This document shows positions 39,946-53,300 of a DNA stretch of 64,000 nt, one piece after another (position 1 is the first letter of the stretch; each line of letters begins with the position of its first letter). The stretch spans positions 71,052,001 through 71,116,000 of the forward strand of contig NC_043002.1 in NCBI RefSeq assembly GCF_006345805.1. Reading direction: 5' to 3'. The DNA comes from Octopus sinensis (lineage: Eukaryota). The notes beneath the pieces were generated by a model. It was not told the DNA's origin and did no database searches. It saw nothing but the letters and a program-made list of their open reading frames with translations. The position numbers and the translations under genes were made by a program.

Positions 39946-40005
<60 letters not shown>
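36569..40005 (+). repeat. Tandem duplication, period ~1.75 kb
   Basis: Units start at 36569 and 38325 (gataaattctgtgaaag); unique parts differ at only a handful of positions; both boundaries lie in (TG)n. Confidence 0.95.
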
Positions 40006-40018
<13 letters not shown>

Positions 40019-40354
40019 ATCAGTTAGAACAGTTTTACTTTAGTGAGTCCAAAGTTAGATTACTAATAAAAATTCTTCATATTAAATTTGTAGCTTCCTA
40101 TTGCAAGTATTTTTTATTAAAGATATGAAAATCAAACAAGGATAAGGATTATTATGAGCATATATAGAATGCAGACATATATCAACTGAACAAAGAATAA
40201 AGGATGGAGAAGTGAAAATGTTAAAACGCTTTAAAATGTTATCACACATTTTACATCACTACTACATCTTTAATCTTTTGTTGATTTTGTATAGTAATGT
40301 GTTCTGTAAATGCTCGTAATACACTTTATACTTATATATATATATATATATATA

Positions 40355-40586
40355 TTACTCTTTCTCTTTTACTCTTTTACTCTTTTACTTGTTTCAGGCA
40401 TTTGACTGCGGCCATGCTGGAGCACCGCCTTTAGTCGAGCAAATCGACCCCGGGACTTATTCTTTGTAAGCCCAGTACTTATTCTATCGGTCTCTTTTGC
40501 CGAACCGCTAAGTAACGGGGACGTAAACACACCAGCATCGGTTGTCAGGCAATGCTAGGGGGACAAACACAGACACACAAACATAT

Positions 40587-40617
<31 letters not shown>

Positions 40618-40975
40618 CATATATACGACAGGCTTCTTTCAGTTTCCGTCTACCAAATCCACTCACAAACCATTGGTCGGCCCGGGGCTATAGCAGAAGA
40701 CACTTGCCCAAGGTGCCACGCAGTGGGACTGAACCCGGGACCATGTGGTTGGTTAGCAAGCTACTTACCACACAGCCACTCCTGCGCCTATATATATATA
40801 CCCTTTTACTCTTTTAATTGTTTCAGTCATTTGAAAGCGGGCATGCTGGAGTACCACCTTTAGTCGAAGAAGTCGACCGTAGGACTTATTCTTTGTAAGC
40901 CTAATACTTATTCTATTGGGTTTTTTGTCGAACCACTAAGTTGCGGTGACACCCCAGCATCTATTGTCAAGCGAA
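40355..40975 (-). mobile_element. Composite SINE (40355-40790) plus a second 3' body (40803-40975), with (TAAAAGAG)n tail
   Basis: tRNA head and CORE-like ggcaccttgggcaagtgtcttc on the minus strand; plus strand shows repeated tactcttt tails. Confidence 0.85.
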
Positions 40976-41709
40976 CCCCGCTGTATTCTTTCCCCACAAC
41001 TTCTCTCACTCTTCCGCCCTACTTCTTCTACAGATGAAGCATGTTGTAACCCACTATGGTGTGGTAAACTTTCAGACCCTAGTCTAGATTGCGAATCATC
41101 TGTACCCCAGGATGGTTTAGCTCTCCACCCGTTAAAAGCCACCGTTTACTGAATGAGTATAAGAATTAGCTTTTGGGACCGTTCCACCGCCAGTCTATCG
41201 CGTGTGGTGGATGGATCTTCAAGTTGCCACCCGCATTCTTAGCAGCTTAGTGTAGGCTCGAATTAGAGATTATTCTTTGTGGCTAATGGCGTGAGTCCTA
41301 ATTGGAAGAAGAAGAAGAAGAAGAAGAAAAAAAAAGAAGGAGAAGAAGAAGAAGAAGAAGAAGAAGAAGAAGAGGAATAAGAAGACATGAGTCACAGCAG
41401 CAACACCAGCCCCACAGCAACAGCACCAGTAACCTCAGCAACATCAGCCACACGAACAATACCAACAACACCAGTAACAGAAACACCAGAAGCGAAAATG
41501 AAGCCCCCCCCCAAATGAAAACGAATCACAAAAATACATTGTCCTACATCAATACACGCATCAAGCAGCACACAAGATACAACCACAACTGCCACAGACA
41601 CACCTACAGCATCACCAACCCCTCCAGCACCGCTATCACAAACTGCACCACCAACACTACAACTGACCAGAAACTGACCAAAAGAAAACACTCCAAACAG
41701 CAAAAAGCA

Positions 41710-44020
41710 ATCACACAAACATCAAACTACGTTCCAGTGAGGTCAAATAAGTCTCCGAGGCCGGATGGTCTGCCCTTCGAGCTTTATCTTCATATGCCAA
41801 ACTTGTTAAAATATTTCTTGGCGGACGTCTACCGCAGCTGGTAGCAGAACAGAAGAATACCCAGTGCTGTGAAACGTAGCATGATGGTGCTGCTGTGAAA
41901 GTACTCGAACAAGGGGGACTAATTAGATAATTTGAGGCCCATAACTCTGCTGAATGCAGATTATAGCATTTTGGTGAAGGTGTCAGCCAAGAGGTTGCGC
42001 TTGTCGATAAGCTGATCGGTAACACGCAGACATGCTCTATCCCGAAAAGATTTATCCACGAACTTCCACCTCACGTGTTACACCATAGTGAGAGTAGGGA
42101 AGGAATCTGGCGTAGGTGGGGCCCTGATCCTCTTGGATCAATCGAAAGCTTTCGACAGAGTCGAGCATCAACACTTGGAGGTTCTCCTCGTGGCGGCCGG
42201 TTTCAGACCCGTTTACCGAGGCTGGATTGCTGCAACGTACAGCGACATCTGTTCAGCAGTCAAATAAATTAAACGGCCACCTATCGGAATCGTTTAGTAT
42301 CGCTCGTTTGATCCGTCAGGGATACACCCTCTAACTCCTTCTGTACGTGCTGGCTCTTGAGCCATTACTAAAGAAGTTGGATATTTCGAAGGACATCCAC
42401 CGTAATCTAGGATGCGGAAGGTTCATGTCAGCACATGCGGACGTCACTCTAATAGCGTCGGACAGCTCGGAAATCATGGTGATCGGCACTATCTTAAGGA
42501 ATTATGAAAAAATGACATGAACAAAAATTAGTCGGTGGCTTGCAGCTCAGCTCCTGGAGAAGCAGGACTATGCTAACCGACTGCGTTGTATGGCGTTGGA
42601 CGGAAGGACCGGTTAAATTGCCTGGGCTCTGGTTTGGTCCGAACCTCCAGGTGGACAAGAACTGGGAGGAGGTAACGAGCAGTGTAGTCAATCTCACTAA
42701 GAAATGAGCAGAGAGAAATATGTCCCTGAAGGTGGGGTGGAGGTGGCGAATGTGTATATCACTTCCGTCATCTACTATCACCTGACCGTTGTCCCTTGCT
42801 CTGCTCGCTCCGTGACAGATCAAGATCTAAGGCTTGCACTTCCGTTTATCTATGGAAGGGACCTATTGATTCTGTTCGTCATGCAGTCCTTCAGTTGTCA
42901 ACAATCACTGCGTGGAAGGTTGCATATGCCGTGGCTAATGATACACAGGCCAGCAGAGACGGCAACATCTCCAATGATCGCCGTCTGTTGCACAGGATTT
43001 TCCGCAACTCGCCTCAATGACGGAGCTACACTTCTGAATCAAACTTAAACCAAGAAAGGGCGCTTGGCATCTGGAGTGTCTCCAAGCGCTCACAGCTTCC
43101 TGCCAGTCTGGCAACACTGTCGATGGAAGTTCAACTATATAGTTTTATAGGGGATTAGTGGAAGGAAAGATGTCCTCGGTAAAACTCTGGGCGTCGGGAG
43201 AAATCAATTAACTGGTCTTTTCCGGAGGACTTTCGGGTCGGGCCATATGGATAACTTCCAGAAATCCCTGGCCTGGCAGTGCTACCAGGGGTGGGGTGGG
43301 GGTCGTTGGCACTGCCGGTTCGAGATAAGCTGTACAGGATACGAAATTTTTGTCAGAAGGTCTCGCCCGAGGTGTGCGTAGGGCGATGAAACATTCCTGC
43401 ATGCACTCGCTCAGTGTTTGCGCATTACTGACTTGCGGAAGTTTGTCGAACAGCTATTGTCAAGTGCGGGACACATCCAGTTAGGAACCGAGTCCAGCGT
43501 GAACATCGCTCCGCCGCCTTCGTTTAGCCGGGAAGGAAAGGCAGTTTTCCTCTGTCTGGTGGCTATGGCGAAGGATGTAGTGAAGTGGACGAGACTGAAT
43601 GGACTGAAGAGAGATACTTGCCTTTTAGGGCAAGCCGTCATCGACGTTTTCAATTTTCATTTGAAAAGGAAAGTGAGAGTGGAGAGGAAATCCTGACACT
43701 AGTAAATTCGTTGAAATGTGAATGCATAGGGCGAAGATGGCTCGTCTGAATGGAACTACTGTGAACTTTCATTTGTAAACCAGAGGATTTGAGAAGGGGA
43801 TGGGTGCCTGCTGAGGTGCATCTGGGTGTCGGAATAACCAGAGATTGTGGGCTTCTTCGGTTATCCCTGTGAGGAACGTCCCATTTGGGGAAAATATTAT
43901 TATTGTTTAAGTGTTTTTTGTTACTTATTATATACACACCATTGTTCAACACCCCACTTGTCCCTTCTATTGTATCGTCCCATTTTGTTTTGTGTTCGGC
44001 CCTTGTGGCCAATAAGTAAA
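41710..44020 (+). mobile_element. L1/Tx1-clade LINE: RT, CCHC C-terminus and 3' UTR, decayed
   Basis: NKSPRPDGLPFELY; NLRPITLLNADY; LDQSKAFDRVEH; IRQGYTL.LLLYVLALEPLL; RPRCA.GDETFLHALAQC; ORF ends at KRKVRVERKS*. Confidence 0.85.
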
Positions 44021-44044
44021 CCATTATTATCATTATTATTATTC

Positions 44045-44715
44045 ATGTATACTCAGCACATTAGACTGTTGTAAAAGAAAAGAATCCTAACATCGGGGTA
44101 CAAGTAGCCTCCTATTGGGTCATCGGGGTACAAGAACCCTCCTATTGGGTCATAGCAACTAACCTTAGATGCCAAGGAGCCTTCTAAGCATCATAGCTGT
44201 CCCCAATAACACTGTTTTCTGCAGCTATACTAAACTGGGTATTATGCCTATTTCCTCTATCCATCTGTTCAGATCTTTTGGTATTGTTCCCAATACACCT
44301 ACAACTACTGGGATACATTCTACCCTCACTTTGACATAGTCTCTGTAGCTCAATAGCTAGGTCCCCGTATTTTTGTTATTTTTCTATACTTTTCATATTA
44401 ACTTTTTCATCATCTGGGACTGTAAAGTCAGTGATCTGGCACTTTTTATTCTCTTTATTTGCTAGTACCAAATCAGGCCTTCTAGCTTCTATTATTCTGT
44501 CAGTCTGGCTGTTAAAGTCCTACAACATCTTGTTCTGCTTACTTTCTAGTACTTTAGTAGGTTCAGATCATGCTCGTACCATTTATCAGTATGTTCAAAT
44601 CCTACATCCCCACAAAGCTCCCAGCGGATTGCTCTCCCTAGATTGTCATGTCTTTTACTGTATTCTTTCTGTGCCAACATGCTACATTCACGTACTATAC
44701 AAGTTAATTTTATTG
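44045..44715 (-). mobile_element. R4/Dong-clade element, 5'-truncated (CCHC tail plus REL endonuclease), flanked by TAA repeats
   Basis: IVRECSMLAQKEYSKRHDNLGRAIRWELC..KWYEH; IEARRPDLVL..CQITDFTVP (PD-D/ExK); IPVVVGVLGTIPK; LQKTVLLGTAMMLRRLLGI*; sense strand reads (TAA)n on both sides. Confidence 0.9.
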
Positions 44716-44800
44716 TTATTATTATTATTAGTAGTAATAGTAATAGTAGTAGTAGTAGCAGCAACATCACTAGTAGTAACAACAACATCATCATCATCAT

Positions 44801-44836
<36 letters not shown>

Positions 44837-45751
44837 TAGTAGTAGTATAGTAGTAGTAGTAGTAGTAGTAGTAGTTAAATGAGGTTGTGTATAAGGAAAT
44901 TGTTCCATTCTTTCTCAGAACATCCAAACAAAATGGTGCAAAGAATCTTGGACTGTGGTTGAGAGTGTAGCAACAATTCTGAAAGACTAAGAACATTGTA
45001 GCCACAGTTTCCACGCACAGAAATTTCTGACAGAAATCATGTTGCAAACACTTGTGCTGTGACTAAACAACGTTAACACTAACGGCAACGACAATAGCAA
45101 CAACAACTAGATTATCATAAACATTCTAGCTGCTATAAATATTTACATTATGTTAAATATATCACCGTCCGCGACTCCACCTACCCTCTCACTGCACTAG
45201 ATGCGAATAGACGCAGAGGGTGATGTAAAGCATCGTTAATATCTGAGTTCAGCACTGACTTGGATATCGTCACAAATACATAAACCTTTTGAATTGCTGA
45301 GTTTATTTGAAGTGCCATAAATTCTCCTTAACAGTCGTAAGCCCAATTCAATTTGGTGTGAATGCAGATTAATTAGTGTAAGCCTGCTTCAGCTCCTTTG
45401 AATATAAATCATTTCTCAAGAACTCTTAAAGAGAAAACTTGTCAGTATGTCAGGTGCGGTGATCACGTGTTAAAAGTGCGTGGGTCATGTGGCTATTGTT
45501 TTGCCTCAGTAACCAAGTTAATGACACATAAGCATTCCAGTCCTTATTTCCCGCAATATTTCTCAGACTATGTTGAAAATTACGTTCTTCCATTTTCAAG
45601 ATGACTGCATGTGGATTATGGGACATGTTATTAGTATTTTTAACTGATCGAGAAGCCCAAGAACCGGCTCCATTTATATCATGTGATATGATCGGTATGT
45701 TTCAGTTACATGAAATTGTAAAAGAAATTGCCACATTTTGTGAATAGATAT

Positions 45752-45782
<31 letters not shown>

Positions 45783-45783
<1 letters not shown>

Positions 45784-45950
45784 GACGATCGCTAGCCACT
45801 ACACATTCTTTATTTTCTCTCCTTGTTTCTTTCTGTGGAAGAGCGTAGGCTCGAAACGATAATGACGTTTTCACTTCCCGAGCGTTATACTAATACATCG
45901 GTTTGCTGTCTATACCACCTGTCCTCGTCTTTTTTTGTGTGAATTCTCCT

Positions 45951-45952
<2 letters not shown>
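45783..45952 (+). mobile_element. PLE terminal fragment with hammerhead-like motif at 45828-45866 (CUGUGGA core)
   Basis: TCTTT CTGTGGA A GAGC GTAG GCTC GAAAC GAT AATGAC. Confidence 0.7.
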
Positions 45953-45986
<34 letters not shown>

Positions 45987-46479
45987 TTTATATTTATATA
46001 AATTTATATACATACACGCATACACACACATATGTGTATATATATTTATGGAAACAAATGTGTAGCTATATGTGTTTCCAATTCTATCAATAGCCAACAT
46101 TATAGGAACGTATCAAATACGATGTGAATTCCAGAGTCACGAACACAGCTTTTAATTTAGATAGGAAATATTGGTCTTCGATATGATAACAGCAAAAAGT
46201 TTTTTTTTTTAAATGGGAGAAAAATTCTTACATGGAAGAATATATCAATAGAACTGGTAAAATTTTGAAGATTAGCAGAATTCAGATTAGGATCAAAGTG
46301 TTATGTAATATATACACATAGTGGGGACGTGTCTAACAAAGATTTAGTGAAGACTACAAAAAGAAGCCGACAACAAAATACATTTTACGCACGGCTAAAT
46401 GTTGTCACGTCTTCGTACATATCTATCAAAGAGAATTCTAAGAACACATGTAACCAGCAAACTATAAAAAGAATATTAC

Positions 46480-46637
46480 CAATAATATGTATGAAGTTAA
46501 AATAGATCCATTAATGTCCGTATATTTGACATGAAAATCTCTTTGATCTTCAAAATTCGTAGCATGTATATCAACATGGTTTTGCCTGAAGAGTCCAGGT
46601 CGTATGAAAACATAATACTTCAAATGTAACAACTTAG
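46480..46637 (-). CDS. Candidate exon (phase 1 to 0), KLLHLKYYVFIRPGLFRQNHVDIHATNFEDQRDFHVKYTDINGSILTSYILL
   Basis: Acceptor gatttcaatag, donor TTG|GTAATA; 52 open codons. Confidence 0.25.
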
Positions 46638-47732
46638 CTATTGAAATCATCACGTAATTAGAGTGTTTCCCTCTTCGAGCTCTATTATTATATTTGTTTC
46701 TCCTTTATTCTCTAATTTCTCCATGTATTTCCCGCCCATTTTCTACACACATAGACAAACACGCTCACAAACAAAACCATATTCGTATATGCCTTTATCT
46801 AACAAACTATCAATTTATCTACCTAACCGTTTTCCTCTTTTTAGTCGATTTCTCTCTCTCTCTCTCTCTCTGTAACTATCTCTTCCTCTACCAGTTGGTG
46901 TATACGTATTTCTGTATGTATTTGTGCGTGTACGTGTGTGCTTCTGTGTGTGTGACTTTGTGTGCTTATGTATGCATGTATATGTGTATGTGCGCATGCG
47001 TGTGTATGAATTCCTTTGATTCTGATGATTCATTTTATCGTCACAAAAGCTCCTCTTAAGCGCAGCCTTTCATGCGATGCGACAAACGAAACGTCTTTCC
47101 GTCGTCTAGATTAACGCACATAGCGGAAGACTGTGAGTCGCCTCGGAAAAAAGAATCCGCGAATAGCTATATTCTAGTACACGTATTGAATGCGGAGAAC
47201 TTGGTGGGGAGGCATTATAACATGACACAAAATGACTGTTTCATATCTCGACGACGGGAGTTCAAATACTTATAAGGACAACTTTGTGTTTCTGTACTTT
47301 CGAAGTCGAAATTGTACCGCAGATTTCAAACAAATTTTTTTCTCGTTTGTCAAGCATGAATTCCATTAATTACAAATAATAATTTTCTATTTCATTACAT
47401 CAGTGACTGCGTGCCACTTTGAAAACTATATTTCGAACGAGAATTTAGCAGCGCCACCAATAGCCGAACAATTATTCTGTGCTGATGAAAGGAAATAACC
47501 CAGAAATCGTGGTACCAGATATTGTTTTGTCCTGAGTGGAGATGCTAAACTTCCTTGTTGGAAAATATAAGGACGCAGATAGTGTGTCGTATAGCCAGCT
47601 GGAGACGGTGTTTCCTGAGTTTAAATAGCAGTAGCATTCGTTCTAACCAGGACAGCCACGTTATGCTGGCAAATAATCTTAACCATGAATATATATATAC
47701 ATATACATATATACACACACACACATACTTAT

Positions 47733-47795
<63 letters not shown>

Positions 47796-48559
47796 CATGC
47801 ACGCATACATATATACACACACAAGCAGACACGCATACGTACATACATACATATATACATACATAAGTAACCAGCTCCTTCTTCAGTGGCAGAATTTAAA
47901 TTATTAAAAGCAGAAGCACCATATATAAATCGCTATAAGTCTATAAACATACGAATACTGTGCAATTTGTAATAACTCGCATACATGCTTACGAGTTATT
48001 TATTTAATGCAATTAGCTTTTTCTCAAACACCGTTAAGTACGAAAATGAATCGCTCAAAACAATTAGGATTTGGTAGATGTTTATTTAATTACAATTATA
48101 TGTAATTACAAGAATTTGGAGGAAAATTACTAGACTTCAAAATATTCTTAGAATTTATTGCAAATAGAAATTCTGAGTGTAAGTGTTTATGTTTTGCCTT
48201 GTTTTCTCTCTATGGTTGCGGGTTTCTTTCTTTTTAATTTTGGAATATGTCCAGCTGTTTTAAAGTAAATATCTGTCATAAAGTAACGTGCAAACTAATA
48301 CATCTGAATATTTCATATATATATATATATATACATATACACGTATGTGTGTATGTGTGTACGTGTGTAAGCATGTGTGTAAGCATGCATAAATATATAT
48401 ATGTACACAGTTCATAGATGTGATTCAAATATTCTTCATATAGAATACACTTAGTAGTGCTCAAGAGATTTAAACTTGAGCGAGTATAGAAATAAATGTA
48501 ACAATAAGCAATATAGACAGATGAATATATGTTGGAGGCTCGTCTCATCCTATGACCGA

Positions 48560-49000
48560 ATTAATCTACAAATATTACCATGGACCACCGAGTCCCTATA
48601 AATAGCTGCTGCATTTGTTATATTTCCCACTTTCCATCTTTTCTACTACTCCCTAATAGCCTCTTTATCTACCTCTCACTCTTGAACTATACCTTCTCCT
48701 CTCACTATTCTCCAACCGAATACATCCCCGTTTCCCCCCTTAATACACTTAGCTCTCCACATTCAACCATTCCATCTTTGAACTTCTTTCCTTTAACGCC
48801 TCAAACGTAAAATCTCTTCCCTGAACACTTCCCTCTCGTCCTATGATGGAATCTATCTTAAAACAGCATTATGGACCACCGAACCTCCTGAAACAGCTGT
48901 TGAAATTGTAATACTGTTTAATTCCACTTTTATTCTCAATGAATCCACTTTAATTCTCATTATCATTTGTCTTCTGTGTGACTCTGACCTTTTTTATATG
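48560..49000 (+). mobile_element. Possible PLE terminal region with internal direct repeat and decayed class C hammerhead-like motif (48839-48904)
   Basis: atggaccaccga repeated at ~48579 and ~48871; CTATGA T GGA..TCC T GAA ACAGCTGT T has a palindromic helix III but only a 2-bp helix I. Confidence 0.35.
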
Positions 49001-49479
49001 CATACTTATATACACTTTTGTATTTCATATATTTGATATAATTTATATATTGATCTGTCTATATTGCTTGTCCCTGTAGTCACATATTTATATGCATTTG
49101 TACATATGTGTGTCTATGTGTGTGTGCCTATGAATATGTTCTTGCATGGGTGCTTCTGTGTGTGTCTGTGCGTGCGTTCGTAAATATGAAAAGATCGTAA
49201 AAATAACTTCCATCATTAGCTCCCTTTACTTGGCTGTTTCTTAGCCTTTTCTCGTATAACACTTACAAACATTTCTATCGGTCAGATGATGAACCTGCGT
49301 GCACAGTTTGTCTGGTTGATCATATCTTAAATCACCACCCTATTTAATATTTCTTTTTAAATTTCTTGTTGAAGAACCTAGAATTTATTGCGAGTAATAC
49401 ACTTTTGAAAATGCTCAGGTTAGTTGAAACTTTACCCTTGCTTAAGCAGAATAAATCTCTCTTTTATAAAATAATAATC

Positions 49480-49680
49480 TATTCCACTATAGGCTCAAGG
49501 CGTAAAATTTTGAGGGAAGGAGTAACCCCAATAATAAACTGGTTCTCATTTTACCGATCCGGAAATGGTGTAAGGTAAAGTCAACCTTGGATGAATTTGA
49601 ATTGAGAAATTTAAAAGAGGCGAACTGCTGCTAAGCGTTTATTCCGACGTGCTAACGATTCCTCAAGCTCCCCGCCTTAA
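49480..49680 (-). mobile_element. SINE, diverged
   Basis: cattttaccgatcc..aaggtaaagtcaaccttgg..tttgaa..gctaacgattc..gctccccgcc. Confidence 0.7.
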
Positions 49681-51441
49681 TAATACCGACAAACATAAAA
49701 ACACATTTTTATAGAAGAATGGCATGTGCGTAGTGTTGATACAACACGCATGTTATTAAACCTAATTTGCAATTTATCTAAATTTCCAGGCTTAAGTTAC
49801 TTTACCAACATAAAATAATGCCTGAATGTCACAGTGTCTCTACTTACATGAAATCACAGATATTTTGAGTACATATGAAAATCTGTTATTCAATGGATTA
49901 TAAATATGCCACTATGGTTCCTTGTCATATCACTCTAACATCTCCCTTCGAATGAGATAATATCGAATGCTTAAGTATTACGAGAGAAATCACTGGATAT
50001 CATTTACAGTACTCTAAGATCATACTTCGATTCTATGCTAAATTTGGAGCCGAGGAAAGCGAGAATCAATTATTTCATAGTTCGGATATATTTTATCGAT
50101 TTACCGGTCCTATATAGCTCAGGTGAAGCAGAAAAAAACAGTATGACATTTATTCAGTATATTTTATCTTATAAACACATTGTTATGAAAAATATATACA
50201 TTTTTTTAAATTGGTGAAATGAAAGCTTAAATTATTACTGATTTAATGAAATTGTCTTGTTCTTTTTATCGTATTGATAATCATTTTATTTCCGGTGAGA
50301 CTAAAAACTGATGTAAATATAAAAAAGTTTATAAAGGGCATATAGAAAACAATTTTATATCAATATTACTGGAAGAAAGTTTAAAACAAATAATGGCATA
50401 CTTTTAACATTACTATCATGAACATTATCCAGAAATTGCAAATGAATCGTTAATACGTATGAATGCCTTCCTTCCTAATCAAATTGCAAATATTTTCATT
50501 AAAAAAAAAACTGCTATTTTGATAGTGAAATGTTTTGTCTGATTTGTTAGCAAACAAGACTAAAACAAAGCAACAAATACAACAAATGAAACAAGTATTA
50601 TTTGCATCAAAGGCAAAATAGATTCTGGAATCTTACTAAAGCAAATAATTATTCTAAAATTAGGATTATGGTAAATAGCAAATGTGATTAAGTGATCAAA
50701 TTGACGTTTGGCACGAAATACTTGGATTCTTAGATATGTATTCCCATTCCTGCATCTCCCAGACAATAAAATATTGCAGTAACTTCATTTATATAGAATA
50801 ATGGCTTCCTTCTTAATTCTGCTATCAAACCGGAATAACAAAATCCATAAGTACTTAACTAAAATATTAATTTATTTGCTGCTTTTGACACAGAAGAACG
50901 CAAGTTAATAAATTCGGCGAAATCACCATACGGTAAGATTCAATTGAACATCACATACACATAAAAATAAAAATAAAAGTAGACTAAACAAAGTACATAC
51001 CCATACAATGACATTCACGAAATTCAGGCACTCATACGCTCCATGCATGGATTCCTCTGATGTTCATATTTATACCAGGAGGACGTATTTACATAACGTT
51101 GGTAGACGGGAAGAGACGTTAGTGCGTCAGATACATTGTGGTATTTAAATATTTTGCTTTGCATATCAGACTTAAATTCCAAACCATCATCTTTGTCTTT
51201 CAGTATTCTAAGATCGGTATCATAAAATACAATGAGAACTAAAATCTCGATCCACTGAAACCAGTTCTACCCTTAATTAAAATCTGTTTCTGTCAGCCAA
51301 TTTTAGATTAATGCATTTACCTCAGCGAAAGCTATTTTACTAACATAAACACAAACACACTATATACTTTGGCAAAAATTATAAATAAAACTTACATGTG
51401 AGTTTTTACTCAAACCCACAATAGCGAATCTATTAATATGA

Positions 51442-51472
<31 letters not shown>

Positions 51473-51599
51473 TTGCGCAATAGGCGTCATATTCATTTTC
51501 ATTCTACACGTACACCTTCTCTTCATGCCTATCCCTCTTACACACAGTAGCTAGGGAACATTTTTATTTGCTTTGTCTACAATCTTTACAGGCCCTCGA

Positions 51600-52130
51600 A
51601 GACAGGCGAAATTTATGGCATACAATGTCCGATTAAGTTATAACAGGACAAACGCAGAAGGAAAATCATGAGCAGTGGGACAATTCCAGAACGACAATGT
51701 TCTGGTGAGCAAGGATTTGAGTAAGTCGTTGACGTGGTAATGGCGGGAGTGGCGGTGTCTCGAGAGGTACTGAGTAGTGCATGTATTCCAGTTCAGCTAG
51801 GGACTGAATGTTCCCCATTTGAGTACATCATCATATGTTGTCCAGAAGGTCTGCGTACATAGCAGCAGGTACCCGGTTGTGCGTTCACTTGAGCTTTCTA
51901 GAATGTCACCATCTTCTGTAGGCTTTCCGCGTACACGAAAAGGGCCTATCTTCGAAACAGGGCTCCCGCTATGTTAAGTACGTGCTCTTGCCGATAGAGA
52001 TCATCTGTGGTAGCGATGCCTAGCATTTGTAGTGAGTTTGAGGATCCTAGCTAAGCTCAACTAATCTTGTTGTCCTGAGTTCGTTGTGTGGTGCTGTTCT
52101 GTTGATACGAATAGAGCATAGCAATTGATT
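51600..52130 (-). mobile_element. Tc1/mariner transposase remnant
   Basis: Minus fragments KWGTFS (cf. VWGAFS) and RLTQILAHQNIVVLE (cf. the region preceding WP..SPDL); heavily decayed. Confidence 0.45.
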
Positions 52131-53215
52131 TTTTTCTGCTTGCTAAACAAGAAAACATGCTCTCGAGATCTCATCGTCCGTGAACTGTGTTGTCTAGATT
52201 ACGCTTGGATGGTTGGGAAAGTTTAGTGATGAATGAAGAAAAATTTCAATTACATAACCTAGAATTTATTGAGAGTAAAATGACGTTTCCTGGGGCTAAA
52301 CCACAGTAACATCCAGGACTTCCACATTATGTTGGCAGATACTATTTACTTTATATATATGTGGTGTATCTTAAAGTGATAGTGAAAATGTTCACCTCAA
52401 TGGCTACATAGTTCATTCAAATCTGTTCCTAACTCATTCAGTTAAGACGTGTTTCCACTAGCATTTATTTTGTCAAGGGACGGCAGAATCTTAAAATTTA
52501 TTAAGGAGAATTTATCGCCAAGATATTTGCTCATAGATGATGACTTTTACTATTAAATGTTTTCAGCATGGCCGGGGTTCTTTGACTGAAAGACTTAAAA
52601 GATAAAAGAATATAAATTTTATTAGAAGGAGCTCCGTCTTCTTAACCTATATAACACCGAGTAAGATATCTTGAAGAGGATACTTATGATCTTTTAAACA
52701 CCGAGTGTTGATGTGACCGACGTAAATTTTATCATTTACTTTTACAGAATTGTTAAAGTAAAGTACCAGTCACAAGCTATATATTCATATTAGAAATTAA
52801 TACATACGCTACGGAGTAGAACATATATTAGACCCACCTCTATTCTTTCAACCTTTACCTGCATCTCTTCATATTTTGAACACACATTGTTGTTGATCCA
52901 GGCTGCTATCCTTCATGATTCAATGAAATAAAGTACTTTTCAAGTGTTGTTATCTGTTAATCATTATGGCCTCCCTCATAAGCTGGGCCTTGTTCCAATG
53001 TTGCAAATCAATATAATTTTCAAAAAGCTATAGCAAAAACGATAATCTTCTAGTTAATCATGTTCTCAAATTCATTCCTATGCATTGCTAAATTTGCAAT
53101 ACCATTCCCTCCATGGCTCAATTATGTTTCATATTTACACACACACACCTTTACATGCATGCATATGTTCTCTGAAATATATTCTGCATGTACATGTACA
53201 AGCATAAATGAGAGC

Positions 53216-53300
<85 letters not shown>

